Under the pieces are notes generated by a model. The model saw nothing but the letters and a program-made list of their open reading frames with translations, did no database searches and was not told the origin of the DNA. From positions 1 through 50,124 of IMG/VR virus record IMGVR_UViG_3300026288_000005: a stretch of DNA of 50,124 nucleotides. One strand, 5' to 3'. Below are positions 45,813-50,124 of this stretch, one piece after another; position 1 is the first letter of the stretch, and each line of letters begins with the position of its first letter. The position numbers were made by a program, and so were the translations under genes. This DNA is from a virus.

Positions 45813-45929
45813 TCACATCTGCCACACGCACCCCCTTCGCATCATCTCGCACACGACACGCGGCAGCGCCAGCACACCAGCGCCGGCAATCAGCAGGCGC
45901 AGGGCAAGGTCGCCAACGGCCTCGCTCAT
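45813..45929 (-). CDS. 38-aa hydrophobic peptide
   Basis: ATGA overlap with holin-like stop; MSEAVGDLALRLLIAGAGVLALPRVV. Confidence 0.3.
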   Translation of the reverse strand: MSEAVGDLALRLLIAGAGVLALPRVVCEMMRRGCVWQM

Positions 45930-46243
45930 TCGTTCCCGTCCCACGGGGCCAGCCCCATCTGCTGCACCTGCGCCAGGGGCACGATGACCGCCGGTTCGCC
46001 CGTCGCCGTCTTTGGGTCCCTGACCGGCGTCACCTGGTTGCGGGCATAGAACGCCGCTGCAATCTGCGGCACAACCAACACGGCCAGCGCGCCAAAAGCC
46101 GCCAGCGCCTTCTCAACCGCGCCCATCTGTTGCGGGTCGATAGTCACCCAACCCAAGGATGCCGCCATTGCCACCAGCGCCATGACTGCCGCCTGCACTG
46201 CCGCGGCGATGGCCTGTGCGCTGACTACAGGTTCACTTCTCAC
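45926..46243 (-). CDS. holin-like 2-TM protein
   Basis: EPV..TM..IDPQQ..TM..ARNQVTP pattern. Confidence 0.6.
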   Translation of the reverse strand: MRSEPVVSAQAIAAAVQAAVMALVAMAASLGWVTIDPQQMGAVEKALAAFGALAVLVVPQIAAAFYARNQVTPVRDPKTATGEPAVIVPLAQVQQMGLAPWDGNE

Positions 46244-46496
46244 ACAATCCCCTTTCGTGCGCCGCTCTATGGCACACAGAACACAACGTGATGCAGTCGC
46301 GCAGCTCCCCGATGAAGTTGCGCCCTCGATGCCGGTAGGAACGGTGATGCACCTGGAGCCGCACCGTCGCATTGCAGACGCGGCAGCGCCCGCCGTCCAG
46401 GCGCTTGCGCAGGGAGCGCAGCACCTTCCAGCGGGGCGTGTCGAGATATGCGTTGTAGCGCACCTGCGCTTCGGTCTGGAATGCGGTGCGGGTCAT
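46233..46496 (-). CDS. small HNH nuclease (terminase-associated type)
   Basis: CRVC..LQVHH..ITLCSVCH..H. Confidence 0.8.
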   Translation of the reverse strand: MTRTAFQTEAQVRYNAYLDTPRWKVLRSLRKRLDGGRCRVCNATVRLQVHHRSYRHRGRNFIGELRDCITLCSVCHRAAHERGLCEK

Positions 46497-46520
46497 GGAT
46501 GGTGCGGCCTCGCTTACAGT

Positions 46521-46543
46521 GTTGTTTAGCTGCAATTATATCA
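46521..46543 (-). promoter_or_regulatory. candidate late promoter (extended -10)
   Basis: TGaTATAAT followed by AGCTAAACAAC, similar to the starts of leaders A and B. Confidence 0.5.
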
Positions 46544-46586
46544 CTGTAGGTGTGGGTCGTGTGCGCGGGTTTAGGGAGGGAACAGC

Positions 46587-46613
46587 AAAAGCCGCCGTGG
46601 GCGCGGCGGCTCT
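46587..46613 (-). terminator. intrinsic terminator after the middle genes
   Basis: AGAGCCGCCG-cgccca-CGGCGGCTTTT. Confidence 0.6.
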
Positions 46614-46688
46614 GCGATGGTATGCCGGCTGCGTGCGCCCTTACGGGCAGGCGGGCCGGGTGCAAACGGAGGCGCTCGAACGCCTCTG

Positions 46689-46886
46689 TCATTGCCGTGA
46701 TTCAGGGGCCTCCCGCCAGTACAGGATCGGCCCGGCCAGGGGCGCGCCATGCTCGTCGCGCCAGCCCCGCCCGCCCCACACGGCGACGCGCTCTCGGACG
46801 TGCCACCAGATGACAACAGGCACGCCCACGGGCGGCGGGGTGACGGCGATGCTATGGAACTTGGGTGCGGCGGTCGGTGCGGTCAC
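46689..46886 (-). CDS. hypothetical protein
   Basis: GTGA overlap, GGAG SD; PPVGVPV..W..YW pattern. Confidence 0.55.
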   Translation of the reverse strand: MTAPTAAPKFHSIAVTPPPVGVPVVIWWHVRERVAVWGGRGWRDEHGAPLAGPILYWREAPESRQ

Positions 46887-47200
46887 AGGCGCTCTCCCTC
46901 CACCCACTCCCCCATCCAGCGCCGCCCCTGCCGCGTGCGCCACCAGTCGAGCGACGGCGCGCCCACCGCCGCGGCCCACAGATCGGCGGCGGGCGGCTGG
47001 ATGGGGGCGTCGTCGCTGTGCAGGGTCAGCATCCAGTGGTTGAGGCTCCGGCTCAGGGTGACGGTCAGGCCGGGCAGGGTGCGCTGCGTGGACGCGTGCG
47101 GAGCGGACGGCTCGGCTCCGACAACGGCGCGCATGTCACGCCCGATGATGGCGACGGGGGTAGCGGTCTTGCCGGCTGCGGTCGGTGCGGTAGGGTTCAT
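46883..47200 (-). CDS. hypothetical protein
   Basis: AAGGAG SD before ATG 47200. Confidence 0.55.
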   Translation of the reverse strand: MNPTAPTAAGKTATPVAIIGRDMRAVVGAEPSAPHASTQRTLPGLTVTLSRSLNHWMLTLHSDDAPIQPPAADLWAAAVGAPSLDWWRTRQGRRWMGEWVEGERL

Positions 47201-47265
47201 GGGTCTCCTTAGAACATGCGCATGGTGCGCGGTTGGATGTTGGTCAGGTCCTGCCAGGGCGTGGG

Positions 47266-47481
47266 TCATGGGTGCACCTCAATCACATCACCCATGCCCC
47301 AACCGCCGCCAACCAGGGCCGCTTCCGCCTGCTGGCGCGCCCAGACTGGCGCGGCGGCGTTGTATTCGTCGGATACCCGCCCGCTGGTGCGGCGCAACCA
47401 GTAGTCTCCGGGCCGTTCGGTTGGACGCCCGTAGCAGGATGTGCCGTCGCTCAGGGTCATTGCGATTAGGGTGGTGGTCAT
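47266..47481 (-). CDS. hypothetical protein
   Basis: ATGA overlap, GGAGG SD. Confidence 0.5.
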   Translation of the reverse strand: MTTTLIAMTLSDGTSCYGRPTERPGDYWLRRTSGRVSDEYNAAAPVWARQQAEAALVGGGWGMGDVIEVHP

Positions 47482-47783
47482 GGTGTCACCCTCCCCTGTA
47501 CCACGTCCCGCGCAAACTCCGTCGCCAGCCGTGCGGCGTAGCTGCGGCTGTAGAAGCGGTCAAAGTGGCGCATGTAGACGCGTTCCTGCCAGATGAAAGT
47601 CAACCATGTGTCAGGTTTGGCGCGTAACCACTTGCGCGCTTCCATCTCGACATAGCCCAACGGCGTAGCGTAGAAGGCGCTCCAGTGGCGGTTGTCGTTG
47701 TCGTTACAGACCGGCGGGATGATGCCCCAGCCGGCGTCTGTGCTGCTGTCGATGATGTTGGCTTGACTGCTGCGTCGGGTCAT
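47478..47783 (-). CDS. hypothetical protein
   Basis: AGGAGG SD, ATGA overlap with MTase stop. Confidence 0.55.
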   Translation of the reverse strand: MTRRSSQANIIDSSTDAGWGIIPPVCNDNDNRHWSAFYATPLGYVEMEARKWLRAKPDTWLTFIWQERVYMRHFDRFYSRSYAARLATEFARDVVQGRVTP

Positions 47784-48994
47784 GCGGCCTCCTGTGCGTC
47801 GATTCTCCTGATTCTGTCGCCAATCCACTCGGCGACCGGCACGGCCAACCCGTTGCCTAGCTGCCGGTAACGGGCGGTGTCTGACTGCCCGCCCGTCCAG
47901 CCATCGGGCAGACCTTGCAGCCGTTCGCACTCGACCGGCGTCAGTCGGCGAACGCCCGCCGTCACCTGCACGGCGTCACGGGCATTTGTCCGCATTTGGG
48001 CGTACTCGCCTTTGCGCACGATGTAGCTGCGGGCTTTGCCGCGGAATGATGCGTCGTTCTGACTGCCGCCCGCTTGCCAGTCAAAAGCGACAATGGGTGC
48101 GCCATCCCCCTTGCCCGTCTTGCCGCTCTGCGCCTTGAGCGGCGAAACCAGGTCAGACGGTGCGCCCCTGCCGTTGCGGGCAATGCGCGACTCGAATACG
48201 AAGGTATCTTGCGCCTCTCTCCCGCTGCCAAACTTCCCACCTTCGCCGCTGAGGGCATAGGCAGGATCGGGCACGCCGATGATATGCCCCTGATTTGCGC
48301 AGCTCGCATCGCTGGACGGCTGCCGATTCGTGAGCGCGCCCACTACGTAGGCTCCTGCTCCGTCGAGGTCGGTTGACCGGCGGCCACCTGTTGCAGAACT
48401 CGATCCAAGTGTGCTGGCAACTTCTTCCCACGTCTTTCGGCGCGCTTGAGGATTCCCCGGCAGGCGCTCGCGCTCAAAAAGTACTTCGGCGCAACGTCCG
48501 TCTCCAAGACTTGCGACAATGAACACACGGCGGCGTCGCTGGGCCACTCCGAAATACTGAGCGTCCAACACCCGCCAGGCGACGCGATACCCGCATTTGA
48601 CCAGCCCGCGAACGACGACGGCAAAGTCCCTGCCGGCGTTGCTGGATAGAAGGCCGGGGACGTTTTCGACAACAACCCATCGCGGCTTAAGCTCTCTAAC
48701 AATGCGACGGAACTGCCACCAAAGTCCGCTTCGCTCTCCAGCCAGTCCCGCGCGCTTGCCGGATATTGATACGTCCTGGCAGGGGAATCCTCCTGCAATA
48801 AGGTCAACTGATCCATCGAACACCTTTCGCCCGAACTCTCGCACATCCTCATAACGGGGCACGTCCGGCCAGTGGCGGGCAAGCACGCCGCGCGCCTGCG
48901 GGTCAATTTCGACTTGTGCAACGCAGGTCATACCGGCGCGCTCCAAGGCAAGGTCAAAACAGCCGACGCCCGAAAACAAAGAGATGAACCTCAC
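47780..48994 (-). CDS. C5 cytosine DNA methyltransferase
   Basis: LFSGVG (I), GGFPCQ (IV), ENV (VI), QRRRR (VIII), RRLTPVECERLQG (IX), RYRQLGN (X). Confidence 0.93.
   Translation of the reverse strand: MRFISLFSGVGCFDLALERAGMTCVAQVEIDPQARGVLARHWPDVPRYEDVREFGRKVFDGSVDLIAGGFPCQDVSISGKRAGLAGERSGLWWQFRRIVRELKPRWVVVENVPGLLSSNAGRDFAVVVRGLVKCGYRVAWRVLDAQYFGVAQRRRRVFIVASLGDGRCAEVLFERERLPGNPQARRKTWEEVASTLGSSSATGGRRSTDLDGAGAYVVGALTNRQPSSDASCANQGHIIGVPDPAYALSGEGGKFGSGREAQDTFVFESRIARNGRGAPSDLVSPLKAQSGKTGKGDGAPIVAFDWQAGGSQNDASFRGKARSYIVRKGEYAQMRTNARDAVQVTAGVRRLTPVECERLQGLPDGWTGGQSDTARYRQLGNGLAVPVAEWIGDRIRRIDAQEAA
48343..48816 (-). CDS. overlapping alternative-frame ORF inside the C5-MTase
   Basis: AAGGTG SD before ATG; LSQVLE..KYFLSASACRGILKRAERRGKKLP reads as a real protein. 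Confidence 0.6.
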   Translation of the reverse strand: MDQLTLLQEDSPARTYQYPASARDWLESEADFGGSSVALLESLSRDGLLSKTSPAFYPATPAGTLPSSFAGWSNAGIASPGGCWTLSISEWPSDAAVCSLSQVLETDVAPKYFLSASACRGILKRAERRGKKLPAHLDRVLQQVAAGQPTSTEQEPT

Positions 48995-49263
48995 TCCCTC
49001 ACTCCCTCCCACGCCTCCGGGTGCTCCGCGCGTGCGGCGGCGACGGCGGCGTAATACTGCTCCGGCGTGCAGGCGTGGCGCAGCGTGTGGCCCAGCCGCA
49101 CGCACTCCTTGTCGGCCCACCGCTTGCGCATCAGGCCGATCTCGCCTTCCAGTTGCGCCAGCGTCGCTCCCGCCGCATCGAGTGACCGTATGCCGGCGAG
49201 GCCGGGCTTGGCGGCGTCCTGTAGCTGGGTGCGCAGGGCGGCGAGAAGGGCTTCGATGGTCAT
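48991..49263 (-). CDS. hypothetical protein
   Basis: Coupled overlaps at both ends. Confidence 0.55.
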   Translation of the reverse strand: MTIEALLAALRTQLQDAAKPGLAGIRSLDAAGATLAQLEGEIGLMRKRWADKECVRLGHTLRHACTPEQYYAAVAAARAEHPEAWEGVRE

Positions 49264-49595
49264 GGGCGGGTCTCGCTTTGCTGCTCTGCCGTCGCTTTGG
49301 CCCAACAGTCGTCACACAGGTCCTGCCATTCGTCGTCTGCACCCTCTGCCTGTGTGCAGATTTTGTGGCAGTCTGGACACTGCCACAGTTCGCCCACCTT
49401 GAGAGCTTTGGCCAGCTTCGCCTCCGCTGCCTCGGCGCGGGCAAGTGTGGCGGCAAGGGCGGCGCGCAGGTCGTCAATGACCTCCGCCACCGGCCCCGTA
49501 ACCGTGATCGCGCCGGTGCTCAGACACTCGTCGCAATAAACGTCTTGTCCGCCTTGCCCACCACAATCGGGGCACTCTATCATTGTGTTCCTCAC
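49260..49595 (-). CDS. Cys-rich zinc-finger protein
   Basis: CPDCGGQG..CDEC..CPDC..CDDC. Confidence 0.6.
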   Translation of the reverse strand: MRNTMIECPDCGGQGGQDVYCDECLSTGAITVTGPVAEVIDDLRAALAATLARAEAAEAKLAKALKVGELWQCPDCHKICTQAEGADDEWQDLCDDCWAKATAEQQSETRP

Positions 49596-49885
49596 GGTTC
49601 CACCTGCTCCTTTGCTAACCTTTGCATCTTGGTGAGCTTATTGTTGAGATACTTAATCTTGGCCTCTAGATAGTCCACGTGCTCTACCAACTCCCGAATA
49701 TCCTCACGGGCGTAGGCCATCAACTCTGCGTCGTTTTCGTCCATCGCATGGGCAAAATTTGCGTTGCTGCTGATGTTGCGCCACTGGCCGTAGCGTGTGA
49801 AGATGTTGCCGTGCTCTGCTCGCCAGGGGCCGATGCTGGCGCAAAGCTGCCGACGCCTGATCTCGTCCAACCGTTGCTTGTTCAT
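49592..49885 (-). CDS. Ead/Ea22-like phage protein
   Basis: RLDEIR..GPW..DAELMAYAREDIRELV. Confidence 0.6.
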   Translation of the reverse strand: MNKQRLDEIRRRQLCASIGPWRAEHGNIFTRYGQWRNISSNANFAHAMDENDAELMAYAREDIRELVEHVDYLEAKIKYLNNKLTKMQRLAKEQVEP

Positions 49886-49912
49886 TGCCCTCCCCGGTGC
49901 GATAACCGCTGC

Positions 49913-50122
49913 TCACCCAACCTGCCGCCTTCTCATCTTCCCCGCGACCTCATGCCCCGCCGCATACTCGCGGGCGTCGGCGCTGCCCGGCGGGTACGGG
50001 CAGAACCAACAGCCGTCGTAGTAGCAGTCCTCAAAGCCGCGCCGGTACGGGGCAACCGGGGCCGGGGCGAACATGCTGGCCGGCGCATCGTCAGGGATGG
50101 AGCGCAGGTTGGGGCGCGGCGT
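49913..50122 (-). CDS. 5'-truncated hypothetical protein with Rmf/CrpP-like motif
   Basis: Own translation: YRRGFEDC..FCPYPPGS..REYAAG. Confidence 0.4.
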   Translation of the reverse strand, partial: TPRPNLRSIPDDAPASMFAPAPVAPYRRGFEDCYYDGCWFCPYPPGSADAREYAAGHEVAGKMRRRQVG

Positions 50123-50124
50123 GG

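Noticed and set aside
46870..47191. 14-bp direct repeat GCGGTCGGTGCGGT (TAPTA at two adjacent gene starts) as an att site
   Set aside because: Short, GC-rich and coding; no integrase nearby
1..50124. Many long overlapping or antisense ORFs in the ORF track (e.g. 2056-3435 -, 26420-27928 +, 43019-44347 +)
   Set aside because: Shadows of real genes in GC-rich DNA; Arg/Ala/Pro-rich with no motifs or SD

Overview
GC-rich tailed phage or prophage DNA (siphovirus-like). The host is probably a Chloroflexota, inferred from the style of a Thr/Pro-linked secreted protein; this is not proven. Layout: (1) a + strand arm, 1-9.05 kb, with RecA-type helicase, iteron-like repeats, Zn-finger/TOPRIM primase, VRR-NUC nuclease and four membrane proteins. 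(2) An AT-richer accessory island, 9.1-12.3 kb, with an SDH/ClpP-class protease, antitoxin, MazF and a divergent Schlafen/AlbA_2 gene, followed by an amino-MTase-Mrr fusion. (3) A long - strand arm, 50.1-14.5 kb: small middle genes, C5-MTase with an overlapping gene, HNH, holin-like gene, TerS/TerL, portal, head, tail, tape measure and fibres. No integrase, repressor, att site, tRNA, CRISPR array, reverse transcriptase or recognisable peptidoglycan hydrolase was seen. Best leads: a membrane-anchored caspase-like (CHAT) protease plus a 3-TM protein ending the late operon where a lysis cassette often sits; two copies of a sigma70 promoter-structured leader-terminator unit in front of the head and tape-measure genes, with a third partial relative; and a protease-antitoxin-MazF operon. 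All calls come from reading motifs by eye; no searches were run.
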